A DNA stretch of 64,000 bases from Acidimicrobiia bacterium (GTDB lineage: Bacteria; Actinomycetota; Acidimicrobiia; IMCC26256; JAENVU01): NCBI GenBank assembly GCA_038250905.1, contig JBBSBV010000004.1:66588-130587 (forward strand), in the 5' to 3' direction. The position numbers were made by a program, and so were the translations under genes. Shown piece by piece: positions 1 to 10,477 of the stretch (position 1 is the stretch's first letter; every line of letters starts with the position of its first letter). Below the pieces are notes generated by a model. The model had not been told where the DNA came from. It ran no database searches and saw only the letters and a program-made list of their open reading frames with translations.

Positions 1-883
1 CCAGGCGGAGATGTACGTGGCGTTCGCGCTGACCACGACTGCGCTCGGTACGTTGCTCCCGATCATCCGTGACGAGGGCATGCTCGACACGCCGTTCGGT
101 GTGCACATCCTGGCGATCGGGTCGGTCGGCGAGTTCCTTCCGATCATCGCCATCGCGCTCTTCCTGAGCGGTACCGAGGAGTGGAACGCAGCCCTCGCGC
201 TGGCGGGATTCGCGATCGCGTCGGTCGGCGCAGTCCTGCTCGCGCTCCGCGCCCGCCCCGGTCGGGTCCGCCAGGAGCTGGGCCGGACCCTGCGGTCGAG
301 CGGGCAGTTGTACATCCGGCTCGCGCTGGTCCTCATCGCGTTGATGACGTTCATGGCGTCGGAACTCGGCCTCGACTTCCTGCTCGGAGCGTTCGTGGCG
401 GGGATCGTCTACCGGCTCTACGTGTCGGCGGGCGCGCCCGAGGCAGAACTTGAGATGATGGAGAGCAAGCTCGAGGCCGTGTCGTTCGGGTACGTCGTCC
501 CGATCTTCTTCGTGGTGACCGGCATCAAGTTCGACCTGAACGCCCTTGCGCAGTCCACCGCGATGCTCAAGATCCCGTTGTTCGTCGTGGTATTGCTCGT
601 CGTCCGCGGTCTGCCGGTGCTGCTCTACCGGCACGACGTCGCCGGCCGCAGTACCCGGTGGGCGCTCGCGCTCTTCAGTGCCACCGGCCTGCCGCTGATC
701 GTCGCGATCTGTGAGATCGGGGTCGAGGAGGGGCAGATGCGGACGTCGACCTCCGCCGCGCTGATCGGCGCAGGGATGATCTCGGTCCTGATCTTCCCGG
801 TGCTCGCGAACCTACTGCTCAGGCGCCAGAACGCGGCCGTGCCACCGACAGCACCATCGACCCCGGCCGATCCGACGCTCTGA
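1..883 (+). CDS. Cation:proton antiporter (CPA/Kef-type Na+/H+ exchanger family), C-terminal portion; gene continues upstream of the window.
   Basis: ORF 11..883 translates to a polytopic membrane protein with a GSVGEFLPIIAIALF-type exchanger segment. The frame is open back to position 2, so the 5' end is off-window. Confidence 0.65.
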   Translation, partial: QAEMYVAFALTTTALGTLLPIIRDEGMLDTPFGVHILAIGSVGEFLPIIAIALFLSGTEEWNAALALAGFAIASVGAVLLALRARPGRVRQELGRTLRSSGQLYIRLALVLIALMTFMASELGLDFLLGAFVAGIVYRLYVSAGAPEAELEMMESKLEAVSFGYVVPIFFVVTGIKFDLNALAQSTAMLKIPLFVVVLLVVRGLPVLLYRHDVAGRSTRWALALFSATGLPLIVAICEIGVEEGQMRTSTSAALIGAGMISVLIFPVLANLLLRRQNAAVPPTAPSTPADPTL

Positions 884-2360
884 CCAGCGTGCGGGGTCCG
901 ACCCGGACCGGCACCGGCGAGTGGTACCGCGCCACGACGAACCGGCCCACGTGGTCCACGCGCCGACGCGAGAAGGAGCTTGCCAGCGGCAAGGTCGGCT
1001 CGTCGGTGAGGAAGATCATGGCGCAGGTCCGACCGAACCACCACGAGCACTGCCCGGGAACCCGACCGAGTCCGATGAACACCAGGTCCCGGGTGCGCAC
1101 CGAAGCCTGCCTCGGGAGTTCGCGGCTCGGCGGGAGGTAGCGCGTCACCGCGGAGCCGAGGATGCGGTCGGTGTTCATCACTACGACCTGGCGCGTGTGG
1201 ACCCGACGGATCACCGTGCTCACGGCGTGCCAGTCGGCGCGTTGCAGATCGCGTTGGCGGGTGACCGCGACGGTGGTCACGAGTGAAGCCGCGACCACCG
1301 CGACGACCGCGACCACACCGATGATCCGGAGCTGCGGCCGCCCGAGTCCGACGGCCACGACGAGGACCAGCGGTACGAGCGCCGCGATGACGTTGCGGTC
1401 GAGGAAGTAGTCGCTGCCGACGATGGCGGTCAGTGCGGGGAATCCGAGCGCGACCACGCCGATGATGGCGAGGGTCGTGGCGACGCGTCGCTCGCGACGG
1501 TCGGGCGCGAGCAGTCCGAGCGCCATGCCACCGAGCGCGACCGTCGCGACGATCGCCCACAGCCACCCGTTCGGTTCGGCCGGCCCGACCAGCAGATGGC
1601 GCAGCGATTCCCGCAGCCGAAAGTCGAACGCGAAGGAGCTGATCCAGTCCTGGAGGTTGCGGCTCTGTTGGTCGATCGCGAGGATCCCGAGCGGGATCGC
1701 CAGGACCACCACGGGCAGGAGTCCGACGACCATCCGTCGCCACTCGGCGCGCCTCGTCACGAGCAGTGCGGCGGTGGCCGGCACGATGAGGAAGAACGCG
1801 AAGTAATGCGTGGCGAGCGCGAGCGCGCACGCGGTGCCGAACCACAGGGCGTCCCGGCGAGTCCCGGTGCGCTGGACCCGGGCGAAGGTGAAGAGCATCA
1901 GCGCGGCGAAGAGGACGAGCAGTGAATACGCGCGGGCTTCCTGCGAGTACCACACCAGGAACGGATTCACCGCGACGAGGACGGCGGCGATGCGGGCGAT
2001 CCGACGGGACAGTCCGAACTCGCGGGCGGCGAGGTAGATCACCGGTATCGCGAGTGTGCCGACGACGGCCGAGAACGACCGCAGGGTCGCGTCGCTGTCC
2101 CCGAAGATCCGGATCCAGGCGCTCATGAACGCGAAGTAGAGCGGGGGCGTGCCTTCGCGGACCCGGATCGCGTCGAAGGTCTGCGCCAGATGCGTGGTGA
2201 TGACGATTCGCGTGGCGACCTCGTCGTACCAGAGGCTCTGGATCCCGATGCCGTCGAACCGCATCACGGCGCCGAGCGCGACGACCAACGCGAGCAGACC
2301 GTCGAACCGGCGCGGCGCGGGCGCGACGCTCGTCCCGTCCGGATCCGGGTCGTCGACCAT
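819..2360 (-). CDS. Polytopic membrane glycosyltransferase, GT39/ArnT/PMT-like mannosyltransferase family.
   Basis: The SLWYDEVAT motif and about 12 hydrophobic helices fit this family. The ORF-track start at 2465 is an R-rich extension overlapping the neighbouring gene; I trimmed it to the ATG (MVDDPD...) at 2360 by frame, 5 nt after the acyl-CoA dehydrogenase stop. Confidence 0.6.
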   Translation of the reverse strand: MVDDPDPDGTSVAPAPRRFDGLLALVVALGAVMRFDGIGIQSLWYDEVATRIVITTHLAQTFDAIRVREGTPPLYFAFMSAWIRIFGDSDATLRSFSAVVGTLAIPVIYLAAREFGLSRRIARIAAVLVAVNPFLVWYSQEARAYSLLVLFAALMLFTFARVQRTGTRRDALWFGTACALALATHYFAFFLIVPATAALLVTRRAEWRRMVVGLLPVVVLAIPLGILAIDQQSRNLQDWISSFAFDFRLRESLRHLLVGPAEPNGWLWAIVATVALGGMALGLLAPDRRERRVATTLAIIGVVALGFPALTAIVGSDYFLDRNVIAALVPLVLVVAVGLGRPQLRIIGVVAVVAVVAASLVTTVAVTRQRDLQRADWHAVSTVIRRVHTRQVVVMNTDRILGSAVTRYLPPSRELPRQASVRTRDLVFIGLGRVPGQCSWWFGRTCAMIFLTDEPTLPLASSFSRRRVDHVGRFVVARYHSPVPVRVGPRTLVRASDRPGSMVLSVARPRSGA

Positions 2361-2365
2361 GGCTG

Positions 2366-3526
2366 TCAATACGACTTCGGGAGTCCGAGCGACTGCTGGG
2401 CCACGAAGTTGAGCACCATCTCCCGGCTGACCGGCGCGATCCGGAGCAGCCGGACCATGCCCCACAGGTCGGCGAGGCCGTACTCACTCGCCAGGCCGTT
2501 GCCGCCGTGGGTCTGGATCGCGGCGTCGAGCGCGTGGAGCCCGGCCTCGGCGGCCGCGTACTTGGCCATGTTCGCGGCCTCACCGGCGGCGACCCGATCC
2601 GACGAGTGGTCGTGCATCCAGGCGGCCTTGGCCATCATGAGTCGCGCCAGTTCGAGTTCGACCTTGGCCATGGCGAGCGGGTGCGCGATGCCCTGATGGC
2701 GGCCGATCGGCGTGCCCCAGACCTCACGCTCGTTCGCGTAGGTGGCGGCCTTGTCCAACGCGTAGCGGCCGATGCCGGTGCAGATCGCGGCGCTCATGAT
2801 GCGCTCGGGGTTGAGGCCCACGAACACCTGGCGGAGCCCTTCGCCCTCGTCGCCGAGGAGTCGGTCGGCCGGGACCTCGACGTCGTCGAAGAACAGCGTG
2901 TACTGCTTCTCGGGCGCGCTGATCTCCATCGGGATCACGGTTCGGTCCAGCCCGGGCGCATCGGTGTCGACGACGAAGAGCGAGAGTCGAGCGCGGCCGG
3001 TGTCGGGATGGGTACCGGTGCGGGTGACGACGACCATCGTGTCGGCCTCGTCCACGCCCGAGATGTAGGTCTTGGAACCGTTGAGCCGGTAGACGTCGCC
3101 GTCACGGGTGGCGGTGGTTGCGATGTTGTGGCTGTTCGACCCGGCGTCGGGCTCGGTGATCGCGAAGACCATCTTGGTGCCGGTCGCCATGCCCCGCAGC
3201 CAGCGGTCCTTCTGCGCGTCGGTCCCGAAGTGCTTGATCAGCTCGCCGCAGATGGCGGGGGACACGAGGATCAACAGCAGTGGTGTGCCCAGCGCGGCGA
3301 GTTCCTCGCACACGATGACGAGTTCCGACATCCCGCCGCCACCACCGCCGTACTCCTCGGGCAGGTGGACCCCGAGGAAGCCGAGTTCGCCGATCGCATC
3401 CCAGAGCTTGTCGGTGCGGCCACCGGTGCGGGCCTGGGTCGCGAAGTATTCGTGGCCGAACTGCGATCCGACATCGCGGACGGCGTCGCGCAGCATCTGG
3501 TGTTCGGACGGTTCGGCGAAGTCCAT
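2366..3526 (-). CDS. Acyl-CoA dehydrogenase.
   Basis: Full-length ACAD fold signature: GGGGGMSELVIVCEEL near the N-terminus and the C-terminal catalytic region (AKYAAAEA...THGGNG). ATG start. Confidence 0.9.
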   Translation of the reverse strand: MDFAEPSEHQMLRDAVRDVGSQFGHEYFATQARTGGRTDKLWDAIGELGFLGVHLPEEYGGGGGGMSELVIVCEELAALGTPLLLILVSPAICGELIKHFGTDAQKDRWLRGMATGTKMVFAITEPDAGSNSHNIATTATRDGDVYRLNGSKTYISGVDEADTMVVVTRTGTHPDTGRARLSLFVVDTDAPGLDRTVIPMEISAPEKQYTLFFDDVEVPADRLLGDEGEGLRQVFVGLNPERIMSAAICTGIGRYALDKAATYANEREVWGTPIGRHQGIAHPLAMAKVELELARLMMAKAAWMHDHSSDRVAAGEAANMAKYAAAEAGLHALDAAIQTHGGNGLASEYGLADLWGMVRLLRIAPVSREMVLNFVAQQSLGLPKSY

Positions 3527-3639
3527 CGGTCATCCTGTCGGCGGCGGGGGTCAGACCGTACCGGCGCATCCAGGACGGATGTCGAGGTGGGCGGCGCCCA
3601 TGTGCAAACGTGCCGCCCTGCGGGTGAAGGGAGCGACCG

Positions 3640-4431
3640 ATGCCGGTCGACGTGAACGGACTGATCGACGACCTCGATGCCGAGACCGCGTGGCTGCTCG
3701 CGATGGTCGAGCCCCTCGATGCCGCCGGATGGGCGACGCCGACGCCGGCACCCGGCTGGCGGGTCCAGGAACAGGTGGCCCACCTCGCGTATTTCGACGA
3801 GGCGGCCACCACCGCGGCCACCGACGCCGAGGCATTCCAACGCGAGCTCGAGGCGGCGCTGCAGGACCCCGACGGCATCACCGAGCGGATCAGCCGGCGG
3901 GCCCGCGAGATGACACCGGCCGAGGTGCTCGCCTGGTTCACGACGGCCCGGGCCGCTCTGCGCTCGACGTTCCTCGACCTCGATCCGTCCACCCGGGTGC
4001 CCTGGTACGGGCCTGCGATGAGTATCCCCTCGTCGCTCACCGCCCGGATCATGGAGACCTGGGCCCACGGTCAGGACATCGCCGACGCGCTGGGCGCGGC
4101 GCACGACGCCACCGGTGCGTTGCGCCAGGTGGCGCACATCGGGGTCCGGACCTTCGGGAACTCGTTCGTCGCCCGGGGCCGGGCGGTGCCGGACGCGTCG
4201 GTGTTCGTCGCACTCGCGGCGCCCGACGGTACCGAGTGGCGCTGGGGTGATCCGGAGGCGGGTGAACGGGTCGAGGGCGACGCGGTCGACTTCGCGTTGG
4301 TGGTCACGCAACGGCGCCACCTCGACGACACCGCGCTGCGCATCACCGGTCCGGTCGCCGCCGAGTGGATGTCGATCGCGCAGGCGTTCGCCGGTCCTCC
4401 GGGCGAGGGCCGCTCGCCGCGAGGGCGGTAG
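3640..4431 (+). CDS. Maleylpyruvate isomerase N-terminal-domain / DinB-like (TIGR03084-like) metal-binding protein.
   Basis: WLLAMVEPLD...GWRVQEQVAHLAYFDE is the typical MDMPI_N/DinB motif. ATG start with a GAAGGGAG RBS. Confidence 0.6.
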   Translation: MPVDVNGLIDDLDAETAWLLAMVEPLDAAGWATPTPAPGWRVQEQVAHLAYFDEAATTAATDAEAFQRELEAALQDPDGITERISRRAREMTPAEVLAWFTTARAALRSTFLDLDPSTRVPWYGPAMSIPSSLTARIMETWAHGQDIADALGAAHDATGALRQVAHIGVRTFGNSFVARGRAVPDASVFVALAAPDGTEWRWGDPEAGERVEGDAVDFALVVTQRRHLDDTALRITGPVAAEWMSIAQAFAGPPGEGRSPRGR

Positions 4432-5211
4432 CTACTTCGGGGGCATCCGGATGCCGCCGTCGACCCGCACCACTTCGGCGTTCATGTACGGGTTGGTGAT
4501 GAGTTCCATCACCATGAAGGCGAGTTCCTCACCGGAGCCGAGCCGCTTCGGGAACAGCACCGACTGACCGAGGTGCGCCTTGAACTGCTCGGAGGCCTCG
4601 CCGGTCCCGTAGATCGGCGTGTCGATGAGGCCCGGTGCAACGGTGTTGACCCGGATCCCGACCGCGCTCAGGTCGCGGGCGATGGGGAGGGTCATCCCGA
4701 CGATCCCACCCTTCGACGCGGAGTACGCGGCCTGGCCGATCTGGCCGTCGAACGCGGCGGCCGATGCCATGTTCACGATTGCGCCGCGCTGGCCGTCGGC
4801 GGTGATCGGGTCGGTCTTGGCCATCGCCGCCGCGCAGAGGCGCAGCATGTTGAACGAACCGAGCAGGTTCACCCTGATGACGAACTCGAACTGGCTCTGG
4901 GGCATCGGGTCGTTGTTGCGGTCGACCGTGCGGCCGGCGCTGCCGAGCCCGGCAGAGTTCACGAGGACGCGTAGCGGTCCCATCTCCGACGCCGCAGCGA
5001 CCGCGGTGAGGCCGTCCTCCTCGCTCGAGACGTCGCATTTCACGAACAGCCCACCCAGTTCGGATGCCACCGCGCTGCCCTGCTCCTCGTTGAGGTCGGC
5101 GACGACGACCCGCACGCCCAACGCCGCGAGTTGGCGCGCCGATGCCTCACCGATACCCGACGCACCTCCGGTGACGACAGCGGATGCTCCGGTGAGATCG
5201 AGACGCGGCAT
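4432..5211 (-). CDS. SDR family oxidoreductase (3-hydroxyacyl-CoA dehydrogenase type-2-like).
   Basis: TGGASGIG Rossmann motif and an SxnYxxxK catalytic region (YSASKGG). Start trimmed to the ATG (MPRLDLTG) with an AAAGG RBS. Confidence 0.8.
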   Translation of the reverse strand: MPRLDLTGASAVVTGGASGIGEASARQLAALGVRVVVADLNEEQGSAVASELGGLFVKCDVSSEEDGLTAVAAASEMGPLRVLVNSAGLGSAGRTVDRNNDPMPQSQFEFVIRVNLLGSFNMLRLCAAAMAKTDPITADGQRGAIVNMASAAAFDGQIGQAAYSASKGGIVGMTLPIARDLSAVGIRVNTVAPGLIDTPIYGTGEASEQFKAHLGQSVLFPKRLGSGEELAFMVMELITNPYMNAEVVRVDGGIRMPPK

Positions 5212-5316
5212 AGGACGACCTTTCTGGGAACGGCACGCGGGCCGAACTGGCACGCGCCTGAGAAGGTAGTGAGCACGACCACCCGACGCACGATCGGCCG
5301 CGGCTGTCGTGGCGCT

Positions 5317-6012
5317 TCAGGCCGAGGCGGCGGCCGTCTCGGCGAGGCGGCCGTCGATGATGGTGACCACCCGATCGCAGTATGTGGTGACCCGGGCGTC
5401 GTGGGTGACGATGACCGCGGCCGTGCCGCGCCCCTTGACCTCGGAGCGGATGAGGTCCATGACCTGCTCACCCAGGTGCGTGTCGAGCGCGGAGGTCGGC
5501 TCGTCGAACAGCACGAGCTTCGGCTCGTTCATCAGCGCGCGCCCGACGGCGACCCGCTGGCGCTCGCCGCCGGAGAGCTGGCGCGGCAGGTTGTCGTGGC
5601 GGTGTCCGAGCCCGAGTTCGTCGAGCAGCTGGTCCGCTCGGGTGGTCGCCTGCTTGCGTCCCGCGCGGCCACCGCTCAGTTCGCCGACCACGAGCAGGTT
5701 CTCCCGGGCGGTGAGGAAGGGCACGAGGTTCACGGTCTGGAACACGAAACCGACTTGCTCACCGCGAAATCGGGTGAGCTCCTTCGCGTTGTAGCCCGTG
5801 ATGTTCTCGCCACCGACCAGCACCGAGCCCTCGGTCGGCGTGAGCAGGCCACCGGCGATCGAGATGAGGGTGGTCTTGCCGGAGCCCGACGGCCCGATGA
5901 GCCCGATCATCTCGTCGGCCGCCACCGTGAGGTTCGCGTCGTCGAGCGCCACGATGTCGTCGTCACCCGATCGGTAGACCTTCGAGACATGGTCGAGTTG
6001 CAGTGCGGTCAC
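5317..6012 (-). CDS. ABC transporter ATP-binding protein (MacB/LolD-like).
   Basis: Walker A (GPSGSGKTT), ABC signature (LSGGERQR) and Walker B (LVLFDEPTSALD). GTG start with a GAGGAG RBS. Confidence 0.9.
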   Translation of the reverse strand: MTALQLDHVSKVYRSGDDDIVALDDANLTVAADEMIGLIGPSGSGKTTLISIAGGLLTPTEGSVLVGGENITGYNAKELTRFRGEQVGFVFQTVNLVPFLTARENLLVVGELSGGRAGRKQATTRADQLLDELGLGHRHDNLPRQLSGGERQRVAVGRALMNEPKLVLFDEPTSALDTHLGEQVMDLIRSEVKGRGTAAVIVTHDARVTTYCDRVVTIIDGRLAETAAASA

Positions 6013-6022
6013 GGTGTTCTCC

Positions 6023-7123
6023 TCACGTACCGGTGCCGATGGCCGTCACGGGATCGATGCGGGCGATGCGACGGAGCGAGATCGCGCCGCCGATCGCGGC
6101 CGTCAGCAGGATCCCGCCGAAGGTGGTGATGGCGCGGGACCCGACGAGCAGGATCGGGATGCGCGCAGGGAGGAGCGACGTGAGTCCCAGCGTGATGAGG
6201 CCACCGATCAGGAAGGCGGCCGTCGCAACGATCAGCGCCTGCAACAGGACTCCCGCGAACAGGCGACGGGTGGTGGTGCCGATCGCCTTGAGGACGCCGT
6301 AGATCGGCGAGCGCTCCAGCGTCAGGAGCGCGAAGAACAGCGCGACGACCAGACCCACCACGACGAAGGTGACCCCGATGATTCCGTTGAAGGTCGACTT
6401 CTGCTGCCGGGTACCCGGCGACGCGAGGACGGCTGCGTCCTTGGTGAGCGTCGCGGTGGCGTTGCCGGTCGCGCGATCGATGCGCCGGGCGAGGACACCG
6501 GGATCGCCGGGTCCGTCGGCCACGAAGACCTGGAACTCACCGGCGGCGAACGGAGCATCCGGCCGGCTCGCGTTCTGGGCGCGACGCCAGGTGTCGGGTG
6601 CCACCCACAGCGAACCCTGCAGGAGGTAGTTGGTGTCCTCGACCCAGCCCCGGACACGGATGGGAACCTCGCGCGGACCCAACCGGAGCGTCTGGCCGAC
6701 ACGGACACCGAATGCCTCGAGCCGACGGTCGGCCCACGCATCGCCGGGCGGGGGGACGGCGGGCACCCCGGTCGGCGGCCGCTGGTATCCGATCACCGCG
6801 GCGTCCGCGAGGGTCGTCTCGCCCGGAACCTTGGCGCCGAGGAGACTGATGCCGAGGCCCCCGACCGCCGTGACGCCGGAGATCCGCTCGATCTGCGCTC
6901 GCGTCGTCGTGTCCAGGCGCGAGCGGATGATGGAGTCGTTCGCGTCGGCGGAGTACACGACGACCGCCGCCCGTTGGGCACGCAGCGCTCCGGTCGCACC
7001 GATGTAGAGGCCGTCGAGCAGACCGCCGAGGAACAGCAGGAGCACCGTCAGCAGGATCAGCGCGGCCGTGACGGGGCCGAAGCGCCCGGGACGGCGGCGC
7101 AACTCGCGCAGGGCGATCCTCAT
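6023..7123 (-). CDS. ABC transporter permease, FtsX/MacB-like.
   Basis: N-terminal TM helix, a large periplasmic domain and a C-terminal FtsX-like 3-TM bundle. ATGA overlap with the upstream permease gene. Confidence 0.8.
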   Translation of the reverse strand: MRIALRELRRRPGRFGPVTAALILLTVLLLFLGGLLDGLYIGATGALRAQRAAVVVYSADANDSIIRSRLDTTTRAQIERISGVTAVGGLGISLLGAKVPGETTLADAAVIGYQRPPTGVPAVPPPGDAWADRRLEAFGVRVGQTLRLGPREVPIRVRGWVEDTNYLLQGSLWVAPDTWRRAQNASRPDAPFAAGEFQVFVADGPGDPGVLARRIDRATGNATATLTKDAAVLASPGTRQQKSTFNGIIGVTFVVVGLVVALFFALLTLERSPIYGVLKAIGTTTRRLFAGVLLQALIVATAAFLIGGLITLGLTSLLPARIPILLVGSRAITTFGGILLTAAIGGAISLRRIARIDPVTAIGTGT

Positions 7124-8241
7124 GCGTCGAGGCTCCCGGGAACGGTCGCGCGCACCGGGTCGATGCGCAGTACCCGGCGGGCGGCACCGAGCGCGGCGAC
7201 GAGTGAGAGTCCGAGCACCAGGGCCCCGGTCTGGAGGAGGGCGCCGATCTCGACCCGGGCGCCCAGGCTGTTCCCGGCGGCATTGAGCGCGAGCCAGCCG
7301 AGGAGTCCACCGATCACCACGCCGCCGAGGACGACCACGACCACCTGGACCAGCAGGGCGCGGACGAGTGCCCCAGCCCGTACCCCGATCGCTCGCAGGA
7401 GCGTGAGCGACTGCGCTTTCTGCACGGTGAGGATGAGGAAGAAGAGGCCGGCAACGACGACGACCACGAAGAAGCAGAGGAGCACGATCGCTCCGATGGA
7501 TTCGCCGACGCTTGCGACCCCCGGCGATTCCGCGACGGCCTGGTCACGCGTGAGCGCCTCGATGCCGGGGACGGTGTGGTTGATCCGATCCCGTACCGTG
7601 GCGGGGGTCACGCCCGGGTCGGCGGTCGCGACGACGGCCGACGGCATGACCACGACCGCGGCGGGGTTCGCGTCCTTGCGGGTTTGCTGGTAGGTGGCGA
7701 ACGTGGTGAACAGCGTCGGGCTGACCGAGTAGTTGGCGTCACGTGCGATGCCGACGATGCGCATTGCCCGGGTGCTGTGCTCGATGCGAACGGTGGCGCC
7801 GAGACGGAAGCCCTTGGCCGAGTTCCCGTCGCTCGCGACCGCTTCGAAGTCGGCGCGGGGGAGGCGACCGCTGATGACGGTGGTCGGAGCACCGGGCTTG
7901 CCCAACTGGTATGCGAACAGCGCCGTGTCTCGGAGCTGCCCGCCCGCCTGAACACTGAAGGTCCCCTCGCCGAGCGGTCCCGCGGCCGCGACGCCGGGTA
8001 CCGCGGCGACCGCGCTCACCGCGTCGAGCGGGACCCGTGAGCCCTCGAGGTTCTTCCGGGCGTCCGCGCTGTAGACGAGCACGGTGCCGGACTGGTGGTC
8101 GATCGCGCCGATGAACTGGCGGATCAACGCGCCGGTCAGTGCCTGGACGAACACGATGAGGAAGACGAGCAGGCCGACCGCGCCTCCGAGGAGGAGAAAA
8201 CGCGCGCGGGATCGGGTGATCTCGCGCCAGGCCAGGAACAT
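7120..8241 (-). CDS. ABC transporter permease, FtsX/MacB-like (second copy).
   Basis: Paralogous architecture to 6023..7123; first gene of a permease-permease-ATPase operon. Confidence 0.8.
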   Translation of the reverse strand: MFLAWREITRSRARFLLLGGAVGLLVFLIVFVQALTGALIRQFIGAIDHQSGTVLVYSADARKNLEGSRVPLDAVSAVAAVPGVAAAGPLGEGTFSVQAGGQLRDTALFAYQLGKPGAPTTVISGRLPRADFEAVASDGNSAKGFRLGATVRIEHSTRAMRIVGIARDANYSVSPTLFTTFATYQQTRKDANPAAVVVMPSAVVATADPGVTPATVRDRINHTVPGIEALTRDQAVAESPGVASVGESIGAIVLLCFFVVVVVAGLFFLILTVQKAQSLTLLRAIGVRAGALVRALLVQVVVVVLGGVVIGGLLGWLALNAAGNSLGARVEIGALLQTGALVLGLSLVAALGAARRVLRIDPVRATVPGSLDA

Positions 8242-8332
8242 GCCGACGAAGCTAGGCCACGCGCCGGACCGATCCCCGAGCGGCCGGCGACCGGGGGAAC
8301 TACGACGGACGACGATGCGTCTTTCGGTCCCG

Positions 8333-9454
8333 TCAGTCGTTCGCGACGGTGACGCGGGCGACCGTGGGGAACGCGCAGTAATAGATGTCGCGGCCGAATC
8401 CCGGGGCCAGGAACACGACGGACTGCAGTGGACTGCCGGTGTCGACCCGGCCCCGCTCCGCGCCGGTTTCGATGTCGAGCACCACGAGTTGATCCATCAT
8501 GCGGTCGGCGTCGTGGTCGGCGGTCACCAACTCGCCGGTGTCGGGATACAGGATCGGATGGCAGCCGTGGTTCTGCGAGCGGGTCCAGCGCGGCTCGGCG
8601 GAACCGTCGGGAGTGAGGTCGAACGCGGCGAGCACGCCGTTGCCGCTGTCGTACCCGACCGCGATGTTCCGGCTCGGGTCGATCGCCGGTGGATTTGCGA
8701 CGATGCCGTTCGGCAGCCCGCAGATCTCGGTGAGCGTGACCGCGCCGGTCTCGAGATCCACCCGCACCAGGTGGAGTGGGGCCGGCGAGATGCCCCGGCC
8801 GCGGAACGTGCCCGCGTACTGGTCACTGCCGGCGCCGTTGTCGAGGAACCACGCGGCGTCGGGTGTCATCACCGCGTCCCACCCGTACGTCTGCCCCTCG
8901 ATCGTGCGGTACCGCGGCTGGAACGAGGTGTCGACCGAGAGATCCCGACCGTCCCACGTGGCGCGGAAGAGGTGATGGTCGCCGACGGTATACACGGTCG
9001 GGCCGACGGCGGAGAGCCGCGCGATCGACGGTTCGGGCAGCGTGGCCCTTCCCACGACCGCGAGGTCGTCGGGTTCGAGGACGAGCAGTTCGCACGTCGG
9101 GTCGTCGAGCATCGGTACGCCCGGGGGAAGGTCGCCGCCGAAGTCCTTGGTGACGAGATGACCGTCGGGCAGGATCACGAAACTGTTGTACGGACGGTCG
9201 CGCGGCAGCGTCACGGTGGCGACGACGTCCAGGGTCGGGCTCAGGCGGTGCGCGTGCCGGCCGAACACGACGTAGAGGGATCCGTTGGCGTGGGCGGCAA
9301 GTCCGCCCGGCCAGGTCTTCCCGCCGGGCAGGTCGGGCGAGCGCCGGACCGCTTCGAGCGACACCGGGTCGATCTGTTCGACCCACGAGATCGCGTCGGC
9401 ACCGCCGGTGTGACGGAGCAGGTAGACCTCGCCCGGATCGCGCAACACGACCAT
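8333..9454 (-). CDS. Hypothetical beta-propeller-like protein (SMP-30/lactonase/YncE-like repeats); function unknown.
   Basis: The ORF 8333..10681 has a 409-aa R/G-rich N-terminal extension in a different frame from the real gene at 9733..10308. Codon bias is good only from MVVLRDPGEVY onward, so the start was set by frame to 9454. Repeated beta-strand-rich blocks. Confidence 0.5.
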   Translation of the reverse strand: MVVLRDPGEVYLLRHTGGADAISWVEQIDPVSLEAVRRSPDLPGGKTWPGGLAAHANGSLYVVFGRHAHRLSPTLDVVATVTLPRDRPYNSFVILPDGHLVTKDFGGDLPPGVPMLDDPTCELLVLEPDDLAVVGRATLPEPSIARLSAVGPTVYTVGDHHLFRATWDGRDLSVDTSFQPRYRTIEGQTYGWDAVMTPDAAWFLDNGAGSDQYAGTFRGRGISPAPLHLVRVDLETGAVTLTEICGLPNGIVANPPAIDPSRNIAVGYDSGNGVLAAFDLTPDGSAEPRWTRSQNHGCHPILYPDTGELVTADHDADRMMDQLVVLDIETGAERGRVDTGSPLQSVVFLAPGFGRDIYYCAFPTVARVTVAND

Positions 9455-9732
9455 GGTGGCCACGATGGCCTCCCGGTTCGTGCACTCCAGGTGCTCGCCC
9501 GCGCCGAGCCCGAGTCCGGCGCCCGAGCGCGGTACCTCGGTCCGACGTGGACCGCCGTCCTCGCCCGGCCACCGGCTCGGCCAGTAGCCCGCGTCGGGGT
9601 CGTTGAGGGTGGTCGCGGCGTCGTGGTCGGTCACGTGGTGATCCTCGCAGACGCGCCGGCCCGACTCGGTGGTCGCGTGCTGGTGCACGGCCACCGGTCG
9701 GTTCGGCGACCCTCGTCGCGTGCGGTTCGTGT

Positions 9733-10308
9733 TCAGCTCTTCGTGGTGAGGGGGCGCGGGTCCGCTTCCTGGATGCCGCGGATCAGGTCGTCGCCGATGG
9801 GCAACGGCGCGCACCCGTGGTCCTTCTCGCACACCATGTCGAACTTGCCCTTGGCGAGTTCGTGGCAGCTGGCGCAGTTCCCGCCGAACCGGTTGACCAC
9901 CTTGCTCGCGCCGCGGTGGACGATCGTGGTGCCGACGGCGTTGGTGTCGAGGAAGAAGAACTCCCAGTCGCTCGTCTTCGCGTTGTAGCCGTGGTGCCGC
10001 TTGACCATCGCTTCCTGCGGGACGAGCTGGAGGATGGTGCCCACCGGGTAGACGCCACCCTTGTTCGCGGTGGCGATCGCCACGGCCTGCTCGAGGTGGC
10101 CGAGCTTGTTGTCCACGAAGAAGCCGCGCACCTTCGTCATGTCGTGCAGGTTCTTGAAGTCGGCGGCTTGCATCACGAAGTCCTCGGCCGGCTTCGGCTT
10201 CGACGGGGGAGCGACCTTGCCGGTGGCGGAACCGCAGCCACCGATGGCGACGAAGATCGCCAGGCTGACCGCGGGCACCGAGAACCACGGGGAACGAATG
10301 GATCGCAT
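9733..10308 (-). CDS. Lipoprotein with a C-terminal CXXCH haem-c motif; cytochrome P460 / cytochrome c'-beta-like.
   Basis: Signal peptide with lipobox (AIGGC), a single NCASCH motif near the C-terminus and about 190 aa, as in the P460 family. GGAG RBS 8 nt upstream of the ATG at 10308. The ORF-track N-terminus is an extension. Confidence 0.55.
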   Translation of the reverse strand: MRSIRSPWFSVPAVSLAIFVAIGGCGSATGKVAPPSKPKPAEDFVMQAADFKNLHDMTKVRGFFVDNKLGHLEQAVAIATANKGGVYPVGTILQLVPQEAMVKRHHGYNAKTSDWEFFFLDTNAVGTTIVHRGASKVVNRFGGNCASCHELAKGKFDMVCEKDHGCAPLPIGDDLIRGIQEADPRPLTTKS

Positions 10309-10477
10309 GCGGAGACTCCGGTTCGGTCCGCGCCGACACGCGGATCGCGGCGGAGCGTAGCGGCGGGGTTGCGTGCCGGTGCCCGAGATCGCCGGGTCCC
10401 ATGACCAAAGTCCCAGGCCGATGAGGCTCGATCCGAACGCGGCGCACGCCCGGACCGACGGTCCTACGCTGGTCGGC

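Noticed and set aside
625-2583. 652-aa minus-strand ORF, extremely R/P/G-rich.
   Set aside because: It is antisense or out of frame to the GT39-like and acyl-CoA dehydrogenase genes. The composition is typical of high-GC shadow ORFs and there are no recognisable motifs.
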